From: Desulfocapsa sulfexigens DSM 10523
GTDB lineage: Bacteria; Desulfobacterota; Desulfobulbia; Desulfobulbales; Desulfocapsaceae
Assembly: GCF_000341395.1 (NCBI RefSeq)
Contig: NC_020304.1
Span: 2,400,001 to 2,432,000, forward strand
DNA length: 32,000 nt
Direction of reading: 5' to 3'
Below, piece after piece: positions 16,732 to 25,296 of the stretch (position 1 is the first letter of the stretch; the number at the start of each line of letters is the position of its first letter). Below the pieces are notes generated by a model. It worked only from the letters and a program-made list of their open reading frames with translations, searched no databases and was not told the DNA's origin. A program made the position numbers and the translations under genes.

Positions 16732-17478
16732 TCAAGGAGAAGGGGATGTATGAATCCGTATATAGTCGAGGCAGGCTCTGGCGGATTCACCAGTGTTGTC
16801 TGAGTCGCTCATAACTGCAATGGCGGCGATTGAAGGGGGATCTTCGCCAAAGGCGGAACGGTAATCCTGGAGAATGTTGGCGGTATGTTCCAGCCACTTG
16901 CCCACATCTTCTTTTCCGGATGCCATCGGGAAAACCATGGCCAGGTCGGTGTAAGGGTTGGGGAGAAAGTGTTCGGGGTGTTTCCGACTGGACCAGACAT
17001 AGTTGAGCGAGCTGTGAGGAGGGTATTTCCCGTATAGGGCTCGGATAACTTCATATTTTATCTTCTTGAATACGGAAGCTTTTTCCGGGTCATACTCAAA
17101 CATCACATAGATGCGTACAGGAGCATCGTCACCTTCCTTTTTGCTTATATCCCCTTTCTGGTATATGTTGCTGATTCGCCAGCGCCAGCTAATCATGGGG
17201 AAAATGTAGGCGTCGAACCGTTCAGAGAGAAGCAGGGCTGAGGCGGAGTTATCGGAACTGGCCTCAAGGCACGATGTTCCCATCAGATCGGTTGCTTGAT
17301 AGGTGGAACGATTTTCAATATTTTTGAATGAAAACAATTCCCAGCGCTCAATCCCATCAAATTGTTCATCCAGGAAAATATCAGCTGCCGGGCTCTGCAG
17401 TGGAAATGCGAGCAGCAATAAAAGAAGCAGGAGTACAGTGGCAGGTGGTCGTCGGCATCCGCTTGTCATAGTTTCCAC
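16732..17478 (-). CDS. DUF3047-like exported protein
   Basis: Signal peptide; 'ISWRWRISNIYQKGDISKKEGDDAPVRIYVMFEY', 'LNYVWSS', 'IAVMSDSDNTGESARACLDYIRI'. Confidence 0.8.
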   Translation of the reverse strand: METMTSGCRRPPATVLLLLLLLLAFPLQSPAADIFLDEQFDGIERWELFSFKNIENRSTYQATDLMGTSCLEASSDNSASALLLSERFDAYIFPMISWRWRISNIYQKGDISKKEGDDAPVRIYVMFEYDPEKASVFKKIKYEVIRALYGKYPPHSSLNYVWSSRKHPEHFLPNPYTDLAMVFPMASGKEDVGKWLEHTANILQDYRSAFGEDPPSIAAIAVMSDSDNTGESARACLDYIRIHTSPSP

Positions 17479-18437
17479 CCGTAAAATTTGAGGAATCCGG
17501 GGAAGTCGTTCATGTCTGAAACCCTGCGATTCCAGACCTTCAGACTTGTATAGAAGGGATTAGCGCCAGTTCCGGTGCCGGTGAATTCCTTGTCCATCCC
17601 AACGTAGAAATCAAAACTGATAAGGCTGAGGAGCAGTGATTCCCATGGCTTGATAGCTCCCTTCACATGACCCTGCAGGGGCCAGGTCTGGTAATAGAAA
17701 CTGGTGCTGCCTCCGTCTGGAAGTTGCAGTGCCTTCAGTGATTCCAGGTTCATCACTTCTGCCTCGATAAAGGGTGCATCCAGTGGGGTGTCTCCTGAGA
17801 TAATGGAAAGAGCGCTAACCCGGTGTATTTCAGGTCGAACCTGGATAACGAGTAGATCGTCAGCCGAGTATGGAGGAAGTATTGCCGGCAGTAGTTCCCC
17901 ATAGATATTCTGGTTGTCATCCGGCCATTGTTCAGGGTAGGCAGTAACCGACAGGTGGGCAGTGGGAACGATGGCGATATAGCAGCCGCAGGTTTGCACC
18001 GTAGTCACCAACAGTGGATTCTGGTTGTTGTCCATGGTGATGATTACCAGGATTCCAGGATTTTTGCCGGCCGTCAGGTAAAATGGAAAGAGGCTGAATG
18101 GTGTGTCGGAAAAGTGGATCCGGTAAACCAGGTTGCTATAGTTTCCATTGGCAGTGGAGAAGGGGAAGGTGCCGGCATAGATAACTGAGCGGTCCGGGTC
18201 GACGGAGATGCATTCAACCTCATCAGTCTTTGCTGCAGTTGCCAGGCCGATGCGGTTGTGCGGACGATCCCATCCTGGTACCTGGAAAATTGGAGAAAAG
18301 CGGGTGATCAGTTCATCCTGGCGGTTTGTTGGACCGACATAGCGGTTTGTGTCAGGTGAGGGGCCGGGGCTATGGAGAGAACAGCCTGTAAGGCAGAGAA
18401 ACAGGAAGGAAAAGATGAAATACAGGCAGTTGTTCAT
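17466..18437 (-). CDS. Hypothetical lipoprotein
   Basis: 323 aa with 'FSFLFLCLTGCS' lipobox; overlaps the DUF3047-like gene start. Confidence 0.75.
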   Translation of the reverse strand: MNNCLYFIFSFLFLCLTGCSLHSPGPSPDTNRYVGPTNRQDELITRFSPIFQVPGWDRPHNRIGLATAAKTDEVECISVDPDRSVIYAGTFPFSTANGNYSNLVYRIHFSDTPFSLFPFYLTAGKNPGILVIITMDNNQNPLLVTTVQTCGCYIAIVPTAHLSVTAYPEQWPDDNQNIYGELLPAILPPYSADDLLVIQVRPEIHRVSALSIISGDTPLDAPFIEAEVMNLESLKALQLPDGGSTSFYYQTWPLQGHVKGAIKPWESLLLSLISFDFYVGMDKEFTGTGTGANPFYTSLKVWNRRVSDMNDFPGFLKFYGWKL

Positions 18438-18636
18438 TGCTTTACTGGTTAGTTATAGGAATGGGCAGGTCAAGTAAAAAAACAGCACTTTATAAAGATA
18501 GTTTTTGAAAAGCCAGCTTTATTTCAAATTAAATAGTTCCTGCCTTTGCAGACTTTTTTTGAGTTATGTAAAATGATTACAGGGGGGCATATTGGCGGAA
18601 AGTCTTGCATCAGAGAGGAAACAAATTTTGTCTCCT

Positions 18637-19203
18637 TCAGAAAACCTCTAAAAACGCTTTGTGATCTTCCTGGTTACCCTGCATGTCTGCCAGGGAAAGG
18701 GTGAGTACGTAATGACCAGCACTCAGTTTGGGGATTCTTGCGTCAATAACATAGTCAGCATTCTCACCATCCAGAGGATCGCGCATAAAGGGCATCATCC
18801 GATCAGTGATATTTAAGGAAAAAAAACCACGTTTTCCTTTGACACGCAAGGAGTCGAGATTGATTGGTGCCATACGACTTTTCAGGTAAACCAGAAGTCG
18901 TACCGGAGCAGCAGAGCGGTAGATGTCTCCCACCGGCGTAGGATCAATTATGGAGACAATTGGTCCCAGCTCATTGTCGCTATCGAATTTGATTTTGTCA
19001 CCTGTGGTGTATGGTTGAGCATCTTGTTTTACCGAGAGGAATTTTTGATGCTGAGCCAGTTCAAGTGACCATTCTTCCTGGGTCAGTTTAAGCTGTTCCA
19101 GCTCGTTATCGCTGAATAGGGGAGAGTGCTCCGTGTACCCTGGATTACTGAAAAAAAAGAGGAAAATAAAGGCTAGGGGCAGGGAATATTTTCTAAGTAA
19201 CAT
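18637..19203 (-). CDS. Hypothetical secreted protein
   Basis: 188 aa with signal peptide (MLLRKYSLPLAFIFLFFFSNPGYTE); C-terminal 'SAGHYVLTLSLADMQGNQEDHKAFLEVF' looks like a beta-sandwich domain. Confidence 0.7.
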   Translation of the reverse strand: MLLRKYSLPLAFIFLFFFSNPGYTEHSPLFSDNELEQLKLTQEEWSLELAQHQKFLSVKQDAQPYTTGDKIKFDSDNELGPIVSIIDPTPVGDIYRSAAPVRLLVYLKSRMAPINLDSLRVKGKRGFFSLNITDRMMPFMRDPLDGENADYVIDARIPKLSAGHYVLTLSLADMQGNQEDHKAFLEVF

Positions 19204-19451
19204 ATATCGTCACCTCGGAATAATTTAACCTGAACGATTCGACAAGCATAGCGGTGAGTATGGAGCAACATCTCTTTCATGATACAGCTATCTCAGCAGG
19301 AGGGACACATAAAAAAGCACTGGTGTTACAAATTAAGCATTATGACTACTTCAGGTTAGATGGGTCTCTTCAGCAGCATATTAGCTTCTTTAAAGAATTT
19401 TCGACAAAAGTAATTCTCTGAAAAATCCAGTCCCAGCTACCACATTTTCCC

Positions 19452-19509
19452 TTGACACCGTCATCGATATTAGTATCCTTCCAAAATTGTATTGGACAAT
19501 ATTGTATTG
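19452..19509 (+). promoter_or_regulatory. Putative promoter plus palindromic operator upstream of proV
   Basis: TTGACA (19452-19457) - 16 nt - TATCCT (19474-19479), followed by ATTGTATTG (19486-19494), palindrome ACAATATTGT (19496-19505) and ATTGTATTG (19501-19509). Confidence 0.45.
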
Positions 19510-19676
19510 CCAAATTAAATATTGCAAAATAGTAATTTTGAGTTTAACCGCCTGCCTGGATCTCCTTAGTAAGACTGAACGGTGGAAAGTGTCAGACTGT
19601 CTGAGCTAATGTAGCTTATTCGATAATGAACCGGTGACCTCTCTTTTGAAATGTATTCCGGAGAACAGATACTTGT

Positions 19677-20876
19677 ATGGAAAAAATAGTCGTAGAAAAT
19701 CTGTATAAAATTTTTGGTGACAACCCAAAACAGGCTCTGGATCTGCTCAAGCAGGGAAAGGACAAGGATGAAATACTTGAGGCAACAGGCATGTCTGTCG
19801 GCGTTCAGGATGCCAATTTCGTAGTGAACAGTGGTGAGATATTTGTCGTTATGGGACTGTCCGGCTCCGGGAAATCGACCCTGGTTCGCATGTTGAATCG
19901 ACTCATCGAGCCAACCAGTGGAAAAGTTCTGGTTGACGGAAAGAACGTGGTAACAATGTCACCAGATGAACTGGTCAAGTTCCGTCTCCATAATATGAGC
20001 ATGGTCTTTCAGTCGTTTGCCCTTATGCCCCATCTTACCGTCCTCGAAAATGCCTCATTCGGTCTCGATCTGGCAGGGTTTGATAAGGCCAAGCAGAAAA
20101 AACGTGCAATAAAAGCCCTTGAGCAGGTTGGGCTTTCAGGATGGGAGGATTCTTATCCAAAACAGCTCAGCGGTGGTATGCAACAGCGCGTTGGTCTGGC
20201 CCGCGGCCTTGCCGTTGATCCTGATATTCTACTTATGGATGAGGCATTTTCTGCACTTGACCCACTTATACGGACGGAAATGCAGGATGAGTTGCTCAAA
20301 CTCCAGAAACGAGATCAGAGAACGATAGTTTTTATTTCTCATGACCTTGATGAGGCACTACGAATCGGAGATAGAATTGCCATCATGGAAGGAGGACGCG
20401 TGGTTCAGGTTGGTGCTCCCGAGGAGATTCTGCAAAATCCTGCAGACGACTATGTTCGAGCATTCTTCCGTGGCGTGGATCCCACCAGTGTGATTTCGGC
20501 AGGGGATATCGTCAGGAACGACACGCAGTTGACGATCATCAAATCTCGTGTCGGAAGCCTGAGGTCAGCCCATGAACTGCTGAGTATTAAGGATAGAGAT
20601 TTCGCCTATGTTCTCGATTCGGATCATAAATTTCTGGGTCTGGTTACTGCTGAAAAACTAAAAGAACTCCTGGAAAATGGTGCTCCTGATAATCCCATTG
20701 ACCAGAGTTTTATGACTGAAGTTTGCACTGTGCAACTTGGTGACTCTATGCAGGATATCTTGCCGGAGGTTGCATCCCGCTCATGGCCGGTACCAGTGGT
20801 TGACGAACAGGGTGTCTATAAGGGGGTGGTCTCTAAGAACAGATTCTTACAGACACTCCACCGAACTGAGCAGTAA
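19677..20876 (+). CDS. proV: Glycine betaine/proline ABC transporter, ATP-binding protein with CBS domains
   Basis: 399 aa; '[23 protein letters not shown]', '[38 protein letters not shown]', C-terminal CBS pair. Confidence 0.96.
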   Translation: MEKIVVENLYKIFGDNPKQALDLLKQGKDKDEILEATGMSVGVQDANFVVNSGEIFVVMGLSGSGKSTLVRMLNRLIEPTSGKVLVDGKNVVTMSPDELVKFRLHNMSMVFQSFALMPHLTVLENASFGLDLAGFDKAKQKKRAIKALEQVGLSGWEDSYPKQLSGGMQQRVGLARGLAVDPDILLMDEAFSALDPLIRTEMQDELLKLQKRDQRTIVFISHDLDEALRIGDRIAIMEGGRVVQVGAPEEILQNPADDYVRAFFRGVDPTSVISAGDIVRNDTQLTIIKSRVGSLRSAHELLSIKDRDFAYVLDSDHKFLGLVTAEKLKELLENGAPDNPIDQSFMTEVCTVQLGDSMQDILPEVASRSWPVPVVDEQGVYKGVVSKNRFLQTLHRTEQ

Positions 20877-20909
20877 GCCGAATGAATAAACGACACAAAG
20901 GATACATGT

Positions 20910-21740
20910 ATGTTTGAAGACAAAGTCATACCGTTAGATGCCTGGGTCTCACAGGCTGTTGACTTGCTGGTGGGGAATTATCGTGACATTTTCCAGACCA
21001 TCAAGTGGCCCGTGGAGCAAACCCTGAATGGACTTGATGCAGGGCTTAATGCCCTGCATCCTCTGATCGTCATTGCAGTAATTGTGATTGCTGCTTATCG
21101 CTTTGCCGGAAAAGGACTTGCTGTCTTTTCTGTTGTTACCCTCTTCCTGATCGGTTTCCTCGGGCTTTGGGAAGATACTATGACCACTCTGGCCATGGTT
21201 CTTTCCTCTGTGGTATTCTGTGTTCTTGTTGGGGTACCGCTTGGCATATGGGCTGGACGAAGCGATCGGTTCAATGCAAGCCTGCGCCCTCTGCTGGACG
21301 CCATGCAGACAACTCCGGCATTTGTCTATCTTGTACCGATTGTCATGCTTTTTTCTGTTGGCAATGTGGCAGGCGTTCTGGCAACCATCGTCTTTGCCCT
21401 GCCGCCTGTGATCCGTCTTACCAGTCTTGGAATTCGTCAGGTTCACCCTGAGCTCATAGAAGCGGCCCAGGCCTTTGGTGCAACCCGCTGGCAGGTTCTT
21501 CGAAGAGTACAGATTCCTTTGGCAATGCCGACTATCATGGCAGGTCTCAATCAAACCATAATGATGGCCCTGTCCATGGTCGTCATTGCCGCACTTATTG
21601 GAGCTGGGGGCCTGGGTTCACCAGTTATTCTTGGTTTGAATACACTTGATATCGGGCAGGCCGTGATAGGTGGTTTGGGGATTGTTCTTATTGCCATTAT
21701 TCTGGATCGAATCACCCAGGCCATGGCCCAAAAGAAGTAA
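20910..21740 (+). CDS. proW: Glycine betaine/proline ABC transporter permease
   Basis: 'GVPLGIWAGRSDRFNASLRPLLDAMQTTPAFVYLVPIVMLFSVGNVAGV', 'EAAQAFGATRWQVLRRVQIPLAMPTIMAGLNQTIMMALSMVVIAALIGAGGLG'. Confidence 0.96.
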   Translation: MFEDKVIPLDAWVSQAVDLLVGNYRDIFQTIKWPVEQTLNGLDAGLNALHPLIVIAVIVIAAYRFAGKGLAVFSVVTLFLIGFLGLWEDTMTTLAMVLSSVVFCVLVGVPLGIWAGRSDRFNASLRPLLDAMQTTPAFVYLVPIVMLFSVGNVAGVLATIVFALPPVIRLTSLGIRQVHPELIEAAQAFGATRWQVLRRVQIPLAMPTIMAGLNQTIMMALSMVVIAALIGAGGLGSPVILGLNTLDIGQAVIGGLGIVLIAIILDRITQAMAQKK

Positions 21741-21819
21741 TACCTGAGACCAGTTGTAACACAGGTATAGATTAGCACTATTTGTAAACCCATAAAGAGA
21801 TACAAAAAAGGAGATCAAG

Positions 21820-22854
21820 ATGCAAAAGCTTAAAAAAGTTCTAACTGCTTTAACAATTGGCCTGGTTCTGTCTGTTGGACAATCCATGGCATCGGAGGAC
21901 CAACCAGGAGCAGGGAAAACGGTCGAGCCTGCTCGTGCAACGTGGAATACCGGTTTTTTTCAGGAGGCCCTTGTTCGTCGCGGCCTGGAAGAGCTGGGGT
22001 ATAAGGCCAAGAAACCAAAAGACCTTGCCAATCCAATCTTTTACAACGCATTAACTCTTGGTGACCTTGATTACTGGTGCAACGGCTGGTTCCCCATGCA
22101 TGATGCCCAGCTGCCGAAAAATTTTGACGAAAAGGCCGCTAAATATGGATATGTTTCCAAGGCAGGAGGATTACAGGGCTATCTTGTTTCAAAAAAAGAA
22201 GTCGAAAAATATAACATCCAGTCTCTTGATGACTTCAAACGGGATGATGTAAAAAAAGCCTTTGATAAAAACGGTGACGGCAAAGCAGACCTGACTGCAT
22301 GTCCTCCAGGTTGGGCTTGTGAGGGGGTCATTACCCACCATATGGATGTCTATGGTCTTGAGGATCACATCAACCCCGTCAAGGCATCATATGAGGCCGG
22401 GATGGCTTCTGCATTGGCGAGTTACAAAAGTGGAGAACCCGTCTTTTTCTATACCTGGGCTCCAAACTGGACTATTTTCAAGCTCAAACCTGGACAGGAT
22501 GTGATGTGGATTAATGTTCCAGAAATAATACCCACCGAATCACAAAAAGTTGCTGAAGACAGAATGACTGTCTCTGGTATCGAAGGTGCGGTGAGTGACC
22601 CCGTTAAACTTGGTTTTGTAGTCTCTGATATACGGATTGTTGCGAATAAGAAGTTTATTGCTGAAAATCCTGCAGCGCAGAAATTTTTCGAGCTCTTCGC
22701 CCTGCCTCTCATTGATATTAACGAACAAAACACCAAAATGAATGAAGGTGAAAAGTCTGAAAAAGATATCAGTCGTCATGTGGACGAGTGGATTGCAAAA
22801 AACAGCGCAACCTGGAATGGCTGGCTTGCCGCAGCACGTGCTGCAGCTAAATAA
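21820..22854 (+). CDS. proX: Glycine betaine ABC transporter substrate-binding protein
   Basis: 344 aa with signal peptide; 'LGDLDYWCNGWFPMHDAQLP', 'YGLEDHINPVKASYEAGMASALASYKSGEPVFFYTWAPNW'. Confidence 0.95.
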   Translation: MQKLKKVLTALTIGLVLSVGQSMASEDQPGAGKTVEPARATWNTGFFQEALVRRGLEELGYKAKKPKDLANPIFYNALTLGDLDYWCNGWFPMHDAQLPKNFDEKAAKYGYVSKAGGLQGYLVSKKEVEKYNIQSLDDFKRDDVKKAFDKNGDGKADLTACPPGWACEGVITHHMDVYGLEDHINPVKASYEAGMASALASYKSGEPVFFYTWAPNWTIFKLKPGQDVMWINVPEIIPTESQKVAEDRMTVSGIEGAVSDPVKLGFVVSDIRIVANKKFIAENPAAQKFFELFALPLIDINEQNTKMNEGEKSEKDISRHVDEWIAKNSATWNGWLAAARAAAK

Positions 22855-22875
22855 GGATTTACCTCCCTTTTTTAT

Positions 22876-22913
22876 AGCCTGGATCTTTTTTTGAAAGATT
22901 CAGGCTTTTTTTT
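22876..22913 (+). terminator. Rho-independent terminator after proX
   Basis: AGCCTGGATCT-ttttttgaa-AGATTCAGGCT followed by T8. Confidence 0.85.
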
Positions 22914-22964
22914 CCATTAAAATATGCCCAAATTTTTCAGAATGACCATGCAGTCAATGATTGA

Positions 22965-22994
22965 TTGACATCAGTTGGGAAAATATCGTATATG
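22965..22994 (+). promoter_or_regulatory. Putative promoter of marR-like gene
   Basis: TTGACA (22965-22970) - 18 nt - TATATG (22989-22994). Confidence 0.35.
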
Positions 22995-23070
22995 CACCTA
23001 GATAATGTGAGTGGTTTCTGCGTATGCTAAGAGACCGATCTTTAAAGTAACAAGAGAAGAGAATGGTCTT

Positions 23071-23562
23071 ATGGAAAATCGCCAGGACTGCATGCAGAAT
23101 ATCACCAAACAGTTGCGGGTGTTATTCCGAACTATTCAGGTCCATGCCAAAACCGTCGAACAGCAATGCGGATTGAGTAGCGCCAAGCTGTGGATGATGT
23201 GGGAACTTTTTGCCAATCCCGGTATCAAGGTTTCAGAGCTTGCCCGGGCTCTGACAATTCATCCGTCGACATGTAGCAACATGCTGGATCAACTTGAAGA
23301 TAAAGGGTTGACCCGTCGGGACAGAAGCAAGTCTGACCAGCGTGCTGTCCATCTTTATCTCACCGAAGCAGGAACCCAGTTACTGGCAACAGCTCCTCGC
23401 CCTGCCCAGGGCACTTTGTCTTTGGCACTTGAGAACCTCAGTGATAATCACCTCACCTACCTTGAAGAAGGATTGGACCAACTTATTCAGGCGATGCAGG
23501 TGAAGGATGATGAGGCAGGTATGCTTCCTCTTTCTAGCCGTGACTCTGATCTTAGAGAGTGA
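23071..23562 (+). CDS. MarR family transcriptional regulator
   Basis: Winged-helix 'LWMMWELFANPGIKVSELARALTIHPSTCSNMLDQLEDKGLTRRDRSKSDQRAVHLYLTEAG'. ORF opens at 23011; MENRQDC at 23071 is a plausible start. Confidence 0.88.
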   Translation: MENRQDCMQNITKQLRVLFRTIQVHAKTVEQQCGLSSAKLWMMWELFANPGIKVSELARALTIHPSTCSNMLDQLEDKGLTRRDRSKSDQRAVHLYLTEAGTQLLATAPRPAQGTLSLALENLSDNHLTYLEEGLDQLIQAMQVKDDEAGMLPLSSRDSDLRE

Positions 23563-23652
23563 CTCTCCTGGTAACCAGGCCTCGGGGCACATCTTTTTTC
23601 CTTATTTCAGTAAGCATAGTGTGACTGTTTGAATGATGTACGCATGAAAGCA

Positions 23653-24171
23653 TCATTTATGGTCCTTTAGGGGCAACATTTTCATACACAATCCCTGAAT
23701 GAGTGCACCAAAGAGCATATAAAAAGAAAAAACAATGGTAAAGGTCCAGCCAAAGTAGTCGATCATAATTGGCAAAAGAGGAACTTTAATAGCCCGGGAA
23801 GCAAAAAAGACGACAATATATTCGTCCCTCATCCCATGACTGCGCAGATCCTCAAGAAGAGGATACCAGGCATACATTGGTCCGTGGCTGATGACTCCTC
23901 CGGCCAGGGCCCATAACCAGCCCTTAATGTCATTCCCTTCCCCCAGGTGCCTGGCGATTTGTTTTGGTTTTACGAAATAGTTCAGTATGGAAGTGAGCAG
24001 GATTACAATGCAAAATATTGGCAGAATTTTTGTTAGAACAGTACTGCTTTTTTGCAGGGCTAACTGGGCAGATTCACTATTTATGAGAAAAAAGACACCA
24101 TAAAAGACAAGGACACTCAGCAGGAGGTATTTACCACGAAAGGCGAAGGGTTTATTATGGTTTTTTTTCAT
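23653..24171 (-). CDS. Putative permease half-protein (UPF0718/ArsP-like), partner 2
   Basis: 172 aa multi-TM; 'VVFFASRAIKVPLLPIMIDYFGWTFTI', 'GGVISHGPMYAWYPLLEDLR'. Confidence 0.65.
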   Translation of the reverse strand: MKKNHNKPFAFRGKYLLLSVLVFYGVFFLINSESAQLALQKSSTVLTKILPIFCIVILLTSILNYFVKPKQIARHLGEGNDIKGWLWALAGGVISHGPMYAWYPLLEDLRSHGMRDEYIVVFFASRAIKVPLLPIMIDYFGWTFTIVFSFYMLFGALIQGLCMKMLPLKDHK

Positions 24172-24638
24172 GATAGCACCTGCATGGTCAGGGTGGTGAG
24201 CGCTGCTGTAATCATGACAAAGATAAAGGCCAGGATATTCCGGTAGAGGGTAAAGCGTCCGCCAAACACCTCAATCTCGGCGGGTAACTGGATAAAACCA
24301 AGAGTTATCCAGGATAAAAGAAAGGCGCTCACAGCATAGAGTGAAACTCCCTGATTAAGCAGCTCGCCGCCAATAATATAGCTGACGATAGGATTACCAG
24401 CGGCTACCGCGCCACTCAGGGTTCCTGTCAATGTGTCTAATAGAGGATTGCCACGAAACATGGAGGTGAGCATCTTTGGGGTCACCAGCACCTGGAATAT
24501 GCCAACGAGTCCAATGGTTGCGAGCAAGAGTGGTGTCATAGCAAGAAAAGAAAGACTGCTTTTTTGTAATACCTTTTGAAAGGAAGGCTTTTGTGACGCC
24601 ATTTTCTGCCGCTTCTTCTCTGTGTCCGGTTCTGTCAT
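24168..24638 (-). CDS. Putative permease half-protein (UPF0718/ArsP-like), partner 1
   Basis: 156 aa multi-TM; 'LLDTLTGTLSGAVAAGNPIVSYIIGGELLNQGVSLYAVSAFLLSWITLG'; stop overlaps the start of the 24171 gene. Confidence 0.65.
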   Translation of the reverse strand: MTEPDTEKKRQKMASQKPSFQKVLQKSSLSFLAMTPLLLATIGLVGIFQVLVTPKMLTSMFRGNPLLDTLTGTLSGAVAAGNPIVSYIIGGELLNQGVSLYAVSAFLLSWITLGFIQLPAEIEVFGGRFTLYRNILAFIFVMITAALTTLTMQVLS

Positions 24639-24935
24639 TTTCCATGCCCTTGTATTTGGTTGCCCTGTTTCAGTATTCTGGAACAGGCTATTCTTTGCTT
24701 TGTCATGTATTCAGGATAAGCAGGAAGTAAGGTAAATCAAGATTATACTATTGACTTCCTTGTTTCTGTTCACTCACAATTCCCTATACGCGATTCCATT
24801 TCTCATGATGTCTTCAGTTGGTTGTGAGTTGTCAGGTTTTACTAAGATATTTCGTCGTTCTTTGATATATATCCTTGCCAGGGGTATTTACTTGAAATGG
24901 AATTATTCTACACAATGTGTGATTTTCTTTAAGGT

Positions 24936-25115
24936 ACCTGATTACCATCGAAACTCAGCTTTGCAACCCGGAGCTGTTCCGTGTCGATTGTATGGGACGC
25001 CATAAACCCATACCTGGGGGCTCTGCAGCGGCCGTCCAGGCCGCAGATGCCCATATAATCAACACGAAACAACTCCTCCTCAGGCGGGTAGGCTGAGGAT
25101 CAGTGGTAATCAGGT
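24936..25115 (-). ncRNA. Large imperfect inverted repeat / possible structured RNA element
   Basis: Nested complementary arms: ACCTGATTACCA (24936-24947)/TGGTAATCAGGT (25104-25115), CTCAGC (24954-24959)/GCTGAG (25092-25097), 27-nt arms 24970-24996/25050-25076 (23/27 Watson-Crick), inner GCGGCC(25028-25033)/GGCCGC(25039-25044). Three of the four arm differences become G-U wobbles if transcribed on the minus strand. Confidence 0.5.
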
Positions 25116-25187
25116 TAAGGTATGTCCCCGTGAAGTCAGTCGGACAAGTAAAGAAATTGATGACACAGTGTGCTTTTCCTGTCAATA

Positions 25188-25209
25188 TAACAACTGTTGT
25201 TGTTATATG
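25188..25209. repeat. Perfect 9-bp stem palindrome
   Basis: TATAACAAC-TGTT-GTTGTTATA in the same intergenic region. Confidence 0.6.
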
Positions 25210-25296
25210 TTGCCTTACTTGTTTCATAGGAGAGGAGATATACCTTTCTCCTGTCCATACCGGCATTGATCCGGTTCTTTCATTGTTTTTTGAGGT

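Noticed and set aside
20949-21554. 201-aa minus-strand ORF over proW
   Set aside because: Antisense shadow of a well-supported permease; cysteine/histidine-rich composition is an artefact.
24751-25005. 84-aa plus-strand ORF upstream of the inverted repeat
   Set aside because: Ends inside the inverted repeat, no motif and no convincing coding signature.
24955-25266. 103-aa minus-strand ORF over the inverted-repeat region
   Set aside because: Composition follows the structured non-coding repeat; no recognisable motif. An untested possibility is a short leader peptide.
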